Notes: a model not told the origin generated them from the letters alone. A DNA stretch of 64,000 nucleotides from Gammaproteobacteria bacterium (GCA_965243395.1 CBDEUS010000002.1:704001-768000), one strand, 5' to 3'; shown: positions 28,920 through 37,523, counted from the first letter of the stretch. Numbers and translations: made by a program.

Positions 28920-31214
28920 ATGCAGACCGATAAAATTAAAGCGCCGGAAGGCCATTCCATTCACCATGTTACCTGTCCTCATGATTGTCCAGATTCATGT
29001 TCCATGTTGGTAACTCGCGATGATTCCACAGGGAAAGCCGTTCGTGTACAAGGTGATCCAACACACCCTATTACGCGTGGTTATTTATGCAATAAGGTGA
29101 ACCACTATCTTGATTTAGTCTACAACGACAATCGTGTTTTATACCCGCACAAGCGTGTGGGTCCAAAAGGTCCAGGCGCAAAGTTTGAACGCATCACTTG
29201 GGACGAAGCTTTGGATGCCATCACTGATAACTTTAAAGAGACTATTGAAAAATACGGACCCGAGGCCGTACAGCCATATTCTTATTCCGGCACCATGGGC
29301 ATGGTGGGGTATTGGACCATGGACTATCGCTTCTGGAACAAGATGCAAGCCGCAGGTTTAGTTCAGTCAATTTGTATTTATGCTGCCATGTGGGCCGATC
29401 TTCACACCTATGGATTGGCGCATCCAAACATGTCTGTGCACGAAGCAGCACAAGAAGCTGATTTAATGATTCTTTGGGGTGCTAATTTAGTCAGCACCGG
29501 TGTGCATGCAATACCATTCATTCGTGAAGCCAAAGAACGTGGTATGAAATTAATTGTAATCGACCCACGTGTCACACGTACCACAATGATGGCGGATTGG
29601 CACATCCAACCTAAACCGGGTACAGATGCAGCATTAGCACTAGGAATGATGAAAGTCATCGTTGATGCAGGTAAACATGATTTAGAGTTTCTTAAAGAAC
29701 AAACCAATGGTTGGGAAGCATTAATCGAAACTAAACTTCCAGATTACCCACTAGATAAAGTTGAAAAGATTACTGGAGTTCCTGCAGCAGACATCGAAAA
29801 ACTGGCATTGGAGTACGCATCAACTAAGAAATCATGTATTCGTGCAAACTATGGATTAAATCGTCACCAGAATGCCGGACAAATGTGTCGAGCAGTTTTG
29901 GTTCTTCCATGTATAACTGGGGCATTCCGTGAAAAATGTGGTGGCGTAAGTTTTGGCACCTTGAATGAGATGTGGTTCCGTTGCATGAGTGATGCATTGC
30001 ATCGCCCTGATTTAGGAACACGTGGGCGTGCAGTTAATATGGTGCAGATTGGTCGTGCATTATCGGAAAATATTGGCCCAGATGGTGAGCAAATGGATCC
30101 ACCAATTAAGAGTATCTTTGTTTATAACTCTGATCCTGCAAACTGTGCACCTAATACCAATGCCGTGCGTGAAGGCTTCATGCGCGATGATTTATTCGTT
30201 GGAGTGCATGAAACATTCTGGACCGATACCTGTAACTACGCCGACATTGTCATCCCTGCGGATACCCAACTGGAACGTATGGATATGGTGGCGACGTATG
30301 GTAATTGGTATTTCACTATGAATAAGCCTGTGATAGAGCCACTAGGTGAAAGTGTGCGTAATTCAGAATTATTCCGCATGTTAGCTAAGAAAATGGGCTA
30401 TGTTGAAGATGGAGATAACGCATTTACACAAACGGATGAAGAAATTATTCGTGATATCTTATGTGACAAAGGCGAATCAAACTTGCTAATGGAAGGCATT
30501 AAATACGAAGACTTTGAAAATGTTGGTTTTGTGCGCGCTAATACCGCAACCGATAGTCGCGACTGGATGAAAAACGGCTGGCCAACTCCATCAGGTAAAA
30601 TTGATATTTGGTGTGAAGCTCTAAAAGAAGAAGGCGTGGATCCTTTACCTACATATGTGCCTGAAATTGAAGGTCAAGAAGATCCCAAGCGCAAGAAATT
30701 TCCGCTACAAGTATTAAGCAGTGCTTCGCATTACTTTATTGGTGATTCATTCCAGTCTGTTCCGCGCTTACAAGCGATGATGTCTAGACCTACCGTTGAA
30801 CTTAATCCAAATGAAGCTGAAAAGCGCGGTTTGCAAGATGGTGATTTATGTCGCATCTATAATGACCGTGGTGAGACGTACGCCTACCTTGTAATTATTG
30901 AAGGTCATGTGGATGGAATATGCTCTACACAAAAGCAATTCAAGGGAAGTAACACTCCTGGCGGGGTAAATGTTAATGCTCTAAACACCGAAATGCTTAC
31001 TGATTTTGGTACAAGTCCGACTTTTTATTCTTGTTTGGCAGAAGTTGAGAAAGCCAGCGAGGATATGCGCAAGCAAGCATTGTTAAAAGAGTGGGGTGGT
31101 AAAAAAGGGTACATCCAAAAGTGGCGCGAAGACCCACGTAATCAAGATGTAGAAGCAAGTGATGATGAAATTATTGCGTTTGCTGAAAAGCAACACCCAG
31201 GAGTATTTAGTTAA
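28920..31214 (+). CDS. Cytoplasmic molybdopterin oxidoreductase (DMSO reductase family, CPxDCPDxC subgroup)
   Basis: TCPHDCPDSC...LCNK Fe-S motif, FERITWDEALD, IDPR, PGTDAALALG, TDTCNYADIVIPA and TPSGKI. No Tat signal. GGAGGAG RBS. Confidence 0.92.
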   Translation: MQTDKIKAPEGHSIHHVTCPHDCPDSCSMLVTRDDSTGKAVRVQGDPTHPITRGYLCNKVNHYLDLVYNDNRVLYPHKRVGPKGPGAKFERITWDEALDAITDNFKETIEKYGPEAVQPYSYSGTMGMVGYWTMDYRFWNKMQAAGLVQSICIYAAMWADLHTYGLAHPNMSVHEAAQEADLMILWGANLVSTGVHAIPFIREAKERGMKLIVIDPRVTRTTMMADWHIQPKPGTDAALALGMMKVIVDAGKHDLEFLKEQTNGWEALIETKLPDYPLDKVEKITGVPAADIEKLALEYASTKKSCIRANYGLNRHQNAGQMCRAVLVLPCITGAFREKCGGVSFGTLNEMWFRCMSDALHRPDLGTRGRAVNMVQIGRALSENIGPDGEQMDPPIKSIFVYNSDPANCAPNTNAVREGFMRDDLFVGVHETFWTDTCNYADIVIPADTQLERMDMVATYGNWYFTMNKPVIEPLGESVRNSELFRMLAKKMGYVEDGDNAFTQTDEEIIRDILCDKGESNLLMEGIKYEDFENVGFVRANTATDSRDWMKNGWPTPSGKIDIWCEALKEEGVDPLPTYVPEIEGQEDPKRKKFPLQVLSSASHYFIGDSFQSVPRLQAMMSRPTVELNPNEAEKRGLQDGDLCRIYNDRGETYAYLVIIEGHVDGICSTQKQFKGSNTPGGVNVNALNTEMLTDFGTSPTFYSCLAEVEKASEDMRKQALLKEWGGKKGYIQKWREDPRNQDVEASDDEIIAFAEKQHPGVFS

Positions 31215-31283
31215 AGTACATTACTAAACAAATCAAACCCTCGTTGCTAAAAAATGAAAAGGATAAAAGAGGAGTAAAACAAA

Positions 31284-32411
31284 ATGGCGGCAGCACAAAA
31301 AAACTTTCACGACCCGTTTGATTTCTACATAAGGAAATTACCCGAACCCGACCGTGATATTCAAACAAAACGCGTAAGTGTAAGTAGTGGTGTAATCAAA
31401 AGTGTTGAAAATTTAACTTACGACACTTACAAAATTGTAATTAAGTGTAGTGATGATGCGCCTCAAATGGTTGCGACCGCGGGTCAATACGCGACCATCA
31501 AAGTTCCTGGTTGCAGAAAACCACGTTCTTATTCATTAGCGAAAGCACCTGAAAATGAAAACCCAGATGAACATACTTTTTTTATTCGCTTAGTGCATGG
31601 CGGCAAACTTTCAAGCTGGATTGCCGAAGGGAATCGTGAGGGCGAGCATGTGGTTATTTCAGGACCGCTTGGAAAATTCTCACTTGATAGTAGTAATAAA
31701 ACAATGGTCTGTATTGCCGGCGGTAGTGGCATGAGTGCTGTTAACGCTATTGTTGAACATGCATGTAATAAACAAGTTGAGCGTGACTGTTACTTTTTTT
31801 ATGGGGCGAGGACACAAGCTGACTTATATTTACAGGAAGAGATGCGAGAAATCGAACGCAAGTGGAATAAAAATTTTAGTTTTAAATTTATTCCAGTGTT
31901 ATCAGAGGAAGCAGAGGATAGTGATTGGGATGGTCCGCGCGGATTTGTAACAGAGCATTTTAAAGATGAATATTTAAATAAAGGTGTTGTTTCGGTTAAT
32001 GACATCAAGGCGTACTTTTGTGGTCCCCCACCAATGATTGATCTGGGTGTAAAAACTTTACAAGATGCAGGACTTGATGATTCAGATATTTACTATGATA
32101 AATTTGAAGACATTCGTTCACCAGCACCGGTGATTGATAACACTAAGTGCGTATTGTGTGATGAATGTTTAATGGTCAAACCAGTACCGAATTGTTTAGT
32201 TGAAGCCACCAACTTTCAAACCAATGGGGGTGGCGAAGTCTCTAGTTTTGAGCGTGTGACGCCGGCTAAAACTTCGGGGTTATACTATAATTCTCTTTTT
32301 ATAGATGAAAATGAATGTATTCGTTGTTATGCATGTGTAGAAGCATGTCCACATGATGCTATTGCAGCCGATTACGATAAAATACCAAAAACCCTCAGGA
32401 GAATTTCTTAG
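31284..32411 (+). CDS. FAD/NAD(P)-binding reductase with C-terminal 2x[4Fe-4S] ferredoxin domain
   Basis: RSYSLA, GPLG, IAGGSGMS, YGART and CGPPPM, followed by CVLCDEC...C and CIRCYACVEACP. Confidence 0.9.
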   Translation: MAAAQKNFHDPFDFYIRKLPEPDRDIQTKRVSVSSGVIKSVENLTYDTYKIVIKCSDDAPQMVATAGQYATIKVPGCRKPRSYSLAKAPENENPDEHTFFIRLVHGGKLSSWIAEGNREGEHVVISGPLGKFSLDSSNKTMVCIAGGSGMSAVNAIVEHACNKQVERDCYFFYGARTQADLYLQEEMREIERKWNKNFSFKFIPVLSEEAEDSDWDGPRGFVTEHFKDEYLNKGVVSVNDIKAYFCGPPPMIDLGVKTLQDAGLDDSDIYYDKFEDIRSPAPVIDNTKCVLCDECLMVKPVPNCLVEATNFQTNGGGEVSSFERVTPAKTSGLYYNSLFIDENECIRCYACVEACPHDAIAADYDKIPKTLRRIS

Positions 32412-32470
32412 ATAGAATTTACGCGGTAATCTAAGTGAATTGCATAATCGGTTTGTTATGATATTTCGTT

Positions 32471-32505
32471 AAGCTGCTATTAGTAACCTGATAGCAGCTT
32501 TTTTT
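32471..32505 (+). terminator. Rho-independent terminator closing the Mo-enzyme/reductase operon
   Basis: aagctgctattag-taac-ctgatagcagctt followed by a T run. Confidence 0.85.
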
Positions 32506-32591
32506 ATGTGCGTAATGAATGGGAATTATATTAATACAATTACGGTCTAATATTTGTAGATACCTATATTTGATAGTTGGAGTTATAAACT

Positions 32592-33653
32592 ATGCATTTA
32601 ATGAATACATGGAAAATACTATTTTTATCGGCATTGGCTTTTATACTTATTTTTTTCATTGGAACTCAAATGAGTAGTGCGTCACCTCAAAAAGTTCATA
32701 AACCTGTTGTTGAAGAGATAGGTGAACTTACGGATGAAGAATTGTTAAAGATGCAAAAGGAGCTACAAAAGCCGATTAAAGAGTCAGGTCGATTTACAGA
32801 AGGCGTATTGTGGAAAATCGAAAAAGATAAAGAATTTATCGGATATATCTTTGGCACCATTCACATGAACGATAAGCGCGTCAATCAAGTTCGAAAGAAC
32901 ATCATTGATATATTTGATGAAATGACCAGTTTTGCGATGGAATCGTTTCCAAGTGACCATTACTGGAATCCATACCATGGCGGGCAAATGATTAAAGGCG
33001 ATATGACTTTGCCAAGAGGCCAAACATTAGAAGGTCTTATTGGCGAAGAGCTCTATGCAAGAGTAGAAGAAATTCTTTTAGATCTTGGTTTAGACAAGCA
33101 AACTATCTTGCATCTAAAACCATGGGCAGCGATGCGAAGTTTTGCCGTTAAAGCAGATAACACCGAAGATTTAATTCTTGATTATGAGTTATTAGATCGT
33201 GCAGCTGCACAAAGAAAAGATCTATATCAAGTTGAAAGCATAGAAGAATTTTTAGTGACTTTTTATGCTATGCCACAAGATGTTCAAATTAAATTACTAG
33301 AATTTACTTTAAACAGTTATGCAGAAATGCGTAGCACCATCAACATGATGCTTGAGGCGTACTTAGAAGAAGATCTTTTAAAAATGTATCAGATAAGCAC
33401 TAGTTTTATTCCTGATAAACCTGAATTTGAAAAATATCGTGAGACGTATTTAAAACATGTAGTCAAAGATAGAAATGTAGTAATGGAGCATTATATGCGT
33501 AAGCCAATGCGCGAAAAAAATACCTTTATAGCGATTGGCGCGTTACATCTATATGGTGACCAAGGAGTATTGGCATTGATGGAGAAAGACGGGTATCAGG
33601 TAACTCGAGTACCCATAACGAATAAGGCTCCTGCTGAAAAAACTGAAGGATAA
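32592..33653 (+). CDS. TraB/GumN family protein
   Basis: LWKI, FGTIH, LKPW, DRNVVM and AIGALHLYG; N-terminal signal/TM. Confidence 0.88.
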   Translation: MHLMNTWKILFLSALAFILIFFIGTQMSSASPQKVHKPVVEEIGELTDEELLKMQKELQKPIKESGRFTEGVLWKIEKDKEFIGYIFGTIHMNDKRVNQVRKNIIDIFDEMTSFAMESFPSDHYWNPYHGGQMIKGDMTLPRGQTLEGLIGEELYARVEEILLDLGLDKQTILHLKPWAAMRSFAVKADNTEDLILDYELLDRAAAQRKDLYQVESIEEFLVTFYAMPQDVQIKLLEFTLNSYAEMRSTINMMLEAYLEEDLLKMYQISTSFIPDKPEFEKYRETYLKHVVKDRNVVMEHYMRKPMREKNTFIAIGALHLYGDQGVLALMEKDGYQVTRVPITNKAPAEKTEG

Positions 33654-33678
33654 TTAAATTAGGCTAAAATTCCGTGAA

Positions 33679-34305
33679 ATGATTACTCGCAAATATACAG
33701 TACTCTTTTTATTAATATTTATATTTTTGAGTACTGCTATATTTGCTGAAGAAGATATTCGTTATGTCACTGATGAATTTGAAATCACTCTCCATCGTAA
33801 GATGAATTTGAATAGTGATGTGATCGCAGAGCTGAAGAGTGGCACCCCCGTTAAAGTTTTAAGGACTAACCGAGATGAAGGTTATGTAATGGTGGCCACT
33901 GGGAATGAAAAAGTTGGCTGGATGTTGGAAAGTTATTTGCTTGATGAGCCGGTAGGCCGTCAGAAGTATGAAGCTTTGAAAAAAGAGTATGACAAACTTA
34001 AAACAGAGTTTGATACTCAATTGCAAAAACGCACTTTACAGCTATCAACAGAGCTGAATCAAGTCAAAAAAATTTCTAAAAGACCATTAGAGTTAGAAAA
34101 AGAAAATCAGCAATTGAAAGATTTACTTCAAATAGAGCGTGATAGGATTGATATAATTAAACAAGAAAATCGAGCGTTTAAATCAATTCATAAAGACAGG
34201 CAATGGTTGGTAACAGGTGCAGTTATTGCCATTGGGAGTTTAGTACTGGGTTTAATTATCACTAAAATACCTTGGCGAAGACGCAAAAGCTGGGGTGAAT
34301 TATAG
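33679..34305 (+). CDS. SH3-domain protein (YgiM/TIGR04211-like)
   Basis: Signal peptide, RYVTD, SH3 with GW, coiled coil, C-terminal TM and RRRKSW. Confidence 0.85.
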   Translation: MITRKYTVLFLLIFIFLSTAIFAEEDIRYVTDEFEITLHRKMNLNSDVIAELKSGTPVKVLRTNRDEGYVMVATGNEKVGWMLESYLLDEPVGRQKYEALKKEYDKLKTEFDTQLQKRTLQLSTELNQVKKISKRPLELEKENQQLKDLLQIERDRIDIIKQENRAFKSIHKDRQWLVTGAVIAIGSLVLGLIITKIPWRRRKSWGEL

Positions 34306-34320
34306 TTTTTGATACTTACT

Positions 34321-34959
34321 CTAAGTATCCAGCATCTTAACGGGCAGTGTTTTAGCCTCATTGATCATTGATTCTAGTGAATTTCTATCAGGTATTTCTT
34401 TTACCCGATTTTGCTCTGCATTAGAGTCAACTAATATTTTATGTAACGCGTTAGCCTCTAGTTGACCTAAATCTTGAGCTGAATCAATGCCGGCATATAC
34501 CATCAGTTCAGCAAACTGACCTTCAATACCATCCACGCGCATAAGATCTGACATACTGGCCCACTTGCGAATAACGAAATCTTCTATGCCAATATGATTT
34601 GCAATCTCTATACGACCATCCATATTGCTACATTTATCTAGTAGTTCTTGTGTTGTACTAATGCCACTATCACGCAGCTTTGCGCCGTAACTCTTACCGA
34701 TACCTTCTACCTCTTCTACCTCATAACTGGTTTGTCGGGCTTTCGCTATAGTATCTTTCGCTATGTCTTCAGTAGGTGGTTTACTTATTTCTTTAATTTG
34801 ATTTGAATGATTCTGCTCATCAAGCTTATTGCTACTGTCTGCCTCCAACTCATCGAGTCTTTTTTGGCTAGAGCATTTAGCAAGCCAATAACCAATAACT
34901 GCTCCTAATAACGTTGCCAGTAGCAAGCATAGCCACATTTGTGTAATTAAGTAGTTCAT
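34321..34959 (-). CDS. Membrane-anchored DUF4332 (helix-hairpin-helix) protein
   Basis: N-terminal TM, EEVEGIG...L...GI, W..MSDLMRVDGI and AELMVYAG. Confidence 0.82.
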   Translation of the reverse strand: MNYLITQMWLCLLLATLLGAVIGYWLAKCSSQKRLDELEADSSNKLDEQNHSNQIKEISKPPTEDIAKDTIAKARQTSYEVEEVEGIGKSYGAKLRDSGISTTQELLDKCSNMDGRIEIANHIGIEDFVIRKWASMSDLMRVDGIEGQFAELMVYAGIDSAQDLGQLEANALHKILVDSNAEQNRVKEIPDRNSLESMINEAKTLPVKMLDT

Positions 34960-34984
34960 AGTTATAACCCTTATACGTTAAATT

Positions 34985-35356
34985 CTATTCTTCTATTTTT
35001 TCCATGCCTTGATCATTATCTATCGGCAATGGTTCTAGTTCAGGGGGTTGAATTTTTTCTTCGTTGAGTTTCGGATTAGCAATAATTAATTGATTTTTCA
35101 CAGCACGTACTCCATCAACTTGTTGTACAGTTTCTTTAGCACTTTTTTTTGCCTCTATAGTGTCAACTTCACCTATTAAGGTAATGTCACGGCCGTCTGT
35201 TACAATAGTTATATCATCCAGGTTTTGTTCCAAAAGTGCTGCATGCGCTCGTGTATCAATATCGTTTTGAATGACAGGAACGTGCTGATAAATACAAAAA
35301 TAACCGAGAATGCCTAATAACAATAACCCAAACAAAAGAATAAAAGGTTTTTTCAT
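34985..35356 (-). CDS. BON-domain protein
   Basis: TM followed by DGRDITLIGEV...VDGVRAVKNQL. Confidence 0.85.
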   Translation of the reverse strand: MKKPFILLFGLLLLGILGYFCIYQHVPVIQNDIDTRAHAALLEQNLDDITIVTDGRDITLIGEVDTIEAKKSAKETVQQVDGVRAVKNQLIIANPKLNEEKIQPPELEPLPIDNDQGMEKIEE

Positions 35357-35533
35357 TCGAATTCTCGATTACCCAGTTAATAATATTGAATTGCAATGAT
35401 ACTTAGATATTTTCACTGAAAACATCTTTGTAGTTGAATTATTCAGGTAAAAACAGGCTAACGTATCTGTTGCTTGTTTTCAATAAATAAATATTGCCCG
35501 TATTAAATATATAATTTTATTTCTAGTATGCAC

Positions 35534-35758
35534 TTAAGAAACATAATTATATTGGTATGAACGAAGAGTAGCTTCTCCAAAATATACTTTTGTAAATATA
35601 ATTTGGGGAAGCCACTCTTTTTTCATTTTTACCTTTTCTAAACGTCGTTTAGACTTGTTGCTTTTACGATGCACACCACCCTTTCTAAGCAGTGGATGAT
35701 TATGTAAAAGATTTCTTTGCCGCGTAAATTTAACTGCCAGTTTAGTCTTGTCAGGCAT
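35534..35758 (-). CDS. Small basic protein, putative ArfA-like alternative ribosome-rescue factor
   Basis: 74 aa from ATG at 35758 (AAGGAG RBS). RNLLHNHPLLRKGGVHRKSNKSKRR core, with a more hydrophobic tail encoded by a long hairpin. Confidence 0.6.
   Translation of the reverse strand: MPDKTKLAVKFTRQRNLLHNHPLLRKGGVHRKSNKSKRRLEKVKMKKEWLPQIIFTKVYFGEATLRSYQYNYVS
35557..35626 (-). other. Long intragenic RNA hairpin (candidate RNase III site)
   Basis: Minus strand aagagtggcttccccaaattata, 10-nt loop, tatattttggagaagctactctt: about 23 bp with 2 mismatches, extendable by atgaa/ttcat. Confidence 0.8.
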
Positions 35759-35793
35759 TACTATTCTCCTTATTTGTTTCAATTAACTAATGT

Positions 35794-36024
35794 TCAAGCG
35801 GCTTCTTTTAACAGTGTGCCATCCTGAATCGCTTGGCGAATATAATCCATAAAATACAGCGAATTTTTTTCAGCAACTAGCACCTCGTCACGCATTGTGT
35901 TTAGAGGTACTGGAAAGCTGTACATCATTTCACTATAAGGAACAGTCACAGCATAATACGCTATCCCATTTTGATAACGTATGAACTTAGCTTTGTTGTT
36001 AATGCTTATATCATTTGTATTCAT
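35794..36024 (-). CDS. Small hypothetical protein, paralog B (FPVP motif, ends -EAA)
   Basis: KFIRYQNGIAYY...FPVPL...YFMDYIR. Aligns by eye with 36049..36276. Confidence 0.8.
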   Translation of the reverse strand: MNTNDISINNKAKFIRYQNGIAYYAVTVPYSEMMYSFPVPLNTMRDEVLVAEKNSLYFMDYIRQAIQDGTLLKEAA

Positions 36025-36048
36025 ATTCCACCTGCCTATAAAACAAAG

Positions 36049-36276
36049 TTAAGCGGCTTCAGTTTTATCCATTTTCTCATCCAGTTTTTGGGCATGAGCT
36101 TTGATATATGGATAAAATCGATTTACACGGTCTTCATTTAGAAATACCGACTGACCTGAACCTTTAATAGGTACAGGAAACTTAAAACCACTCTCTGTGC
36201 GGTACCATAGTTTTCCTGATAGGAAAAACATGAAGCGCACGCTTTCATTGTTTTCCAATATTTGATCAAGCTTCAT
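36049..36276 (-). CDS. Small hypothetical protein, paralog A (FPVP motif, ends -EAA)
   Basis: RFMFFLSGKLWY...GFKFPVPI...VFLNED...FYPYIK. AAGGAG RBS. Confidence 0.85.
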   Translation of the reverse strand: MKLDQILENNESVRFMFFLSGKLWYRTESGFKFPVPIKGSGQSVFLNEDRVNRFYPYIKAHAQKLDEKMDKTEAA

Positions 36277-36344
36277 TTCGTATCTCCTTTTAAAAAAGTT
36301 AAAAAATCCTCTAGTTGGGTCAGTAAAATTCCTGTAAACAAGTC

Positions 36345-36428
36345 AAAAAAAACCCCGGTGCTCACGCTGCCGGGGTTTCTAGTGTTTCCGGAAGGTGAGC
36401 TGCACCTTCCGATATATCTGGAAGGTAC
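36345..36428 (-). promoter_or_regulatory. Transcription attenuator (alternative hairpins plus intrinsic terminator) in the operon leader
   Basis: Segment 2 (36402-36411) can pair with segment 1 (36420-36428) or segment 3 (36388-36397). Terminator aaaccccgg...ccgggg plus U8 at 36345-36378 lies upstream of the first structural gene. Confidence 0.75.
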
Positions 36429-36575
36429 TTAAGCCATGAAAATCTTTTGAATTTTCATTTGTTTAGTGCCCATTTCAACGCGATGTAGTGCGTGTGAAGA
36501 GCACACAAACGGCACAGTAAAACGACATGTATACATGGCGTTATTTAAGACAAGTTGTTGCATAAATTTTTTCAT
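36429..36575 (-). CDS. Putative leader peptide (48 aa)
   Basis: MKKFMQQLVLNNAMYTCRFTVPFVCSSHALHRVEMGTKQMKIQKIFMA*. Its stop codon abuts attenuator segment 1. Below the ORF-track cutoff. Confidence 0.6.
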   Translation of the reverse strand: MKKFMQQLVLNNAMYTCRFTVPFVCSSHALHRVEMGTKQMKIQKIFMA

Positions 36576-36584
36576 CGGCGGCGA

Positions 36585-36612
36585 ACTATACTCTTTTAAA
36601 TATGTAATGCAA
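36585..36612 (-). promoter_or_regulatory. Sigma70-type promoter for the leader/operon
   Basis: TTGCAT-16 nt-TATAGT, with the leader ATG only 9 nt downstream of the -10. Confidence 0.55.
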
Positions 36613-36667
36613 TATAAAATGGTTTAAATTTATGTTTTAAATTCTACCGTTTATCCATAAATTTGTA

Positions 36668-36982
36668 TTAGCGGTACTTCTTTTCACAGGCTCTACGTAT
36701 TCGTATTACTGCATCCACACTTTCAACCCCCACCATGTGATCAAGTAAGCATTCGTTGTATCTGCGCTCATCACTCATAATTGTTTTTGATGGACCACTA
36801 CCATAATTCTCTTCACAAGCCTCGGCTATAAACCTACTCGCAGCATCAAGCTTGGCGTTATCGAGGTGTTCCAATATGCAGTCCTCATACGTATAGCGAT
36901 TTTTCGATTTGGCACTAAGCGTATTTAGGCTGAATACCACTATGAAAAACATGGTTAATACTATAAAGGATCGCGCACGCAT
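36668..36982 (-). CDS. Exported protein with two internal Cys-pair repeats (VF_A0006-like)
   Basis: Signal peptide, then YEDCILEHL...ACEENY and YNECLLDHM...ACEKKY. Confidence 0.7.
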   Translation of the reverse strand: MRARSFIVLTMFFIVVFSLNTLSAKSKNRYTYEDCILEHLDNAKLDAASRFIAEACEENYGSGPSKTIMSDERRYNECLLDHMVGVESVDAVIRIRRACEKKYR

Positions 36983-37049
36983 TTATATTTGAGCTGTGAT
37001 TAGGGAAGGAGTTCCACAGAAAGTATGGCACAAGGCTATAAATAATTGC

Positions 37050-37523
37050 TTAGAGATCTCTGATTTTTAGGCGTATATATTCTTGCAGGATGTGGTAACT
37101 GTCACGTGCTTCTTCCTGAGTGATGTGGTTGGCTACAAGCTGCCAATGGACGTTGTTTGCTTCGGGTAGATTTTTTTCAAGAGTAGTCAGAATATTTTTA
37201 TTTCGATCAATACGAATTGCGTCTCGACGCAGCTCACTTTGATAGCGGTGTTTGATAATGCTTTGAGAAAAACGACTGTTGCTTAATAAGAAAATTAATG
37301 CATACGAATTATTTAGAGAATTGTTAAATTCAAACTCATAAGTTTTATGATAAGGAGCATGACTTGTATATGCATTGATTTTGTCTAGCTTAGATGTAGA
37401 AATATTGTTTTGTATTTGAACAAGTTGTGTATGCTTCTGGAAATGTTGAATATAACTACAGCTGGAACATATGATTGCACAAACAATCACGCAAAAAAAA
37501 TTGTAATAATTTAATTTCTTCAT
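37050..37523 (-). CDS. Hypothetical protein, possible lipoprotein
   Basis: Basic N-terminus, hydrophobic stretch and CSSC lipobox-like end; 157 aa. Confidence 0.55.
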   Translation of the reverse strand: MKKLNYYNFFCVIVCAIICSSCSYIQHFQKHTQLVQIQNNISTSKLDKINAYTSHAPYHKTYEFEFNNSLNNSYALIFLLSNSRFSQSIIKHRYQSELRRDAIRIDRNKNILTTLEKNLPEANNVHWQLVANHITQEEARDSYHILQEYIRLKIRDL

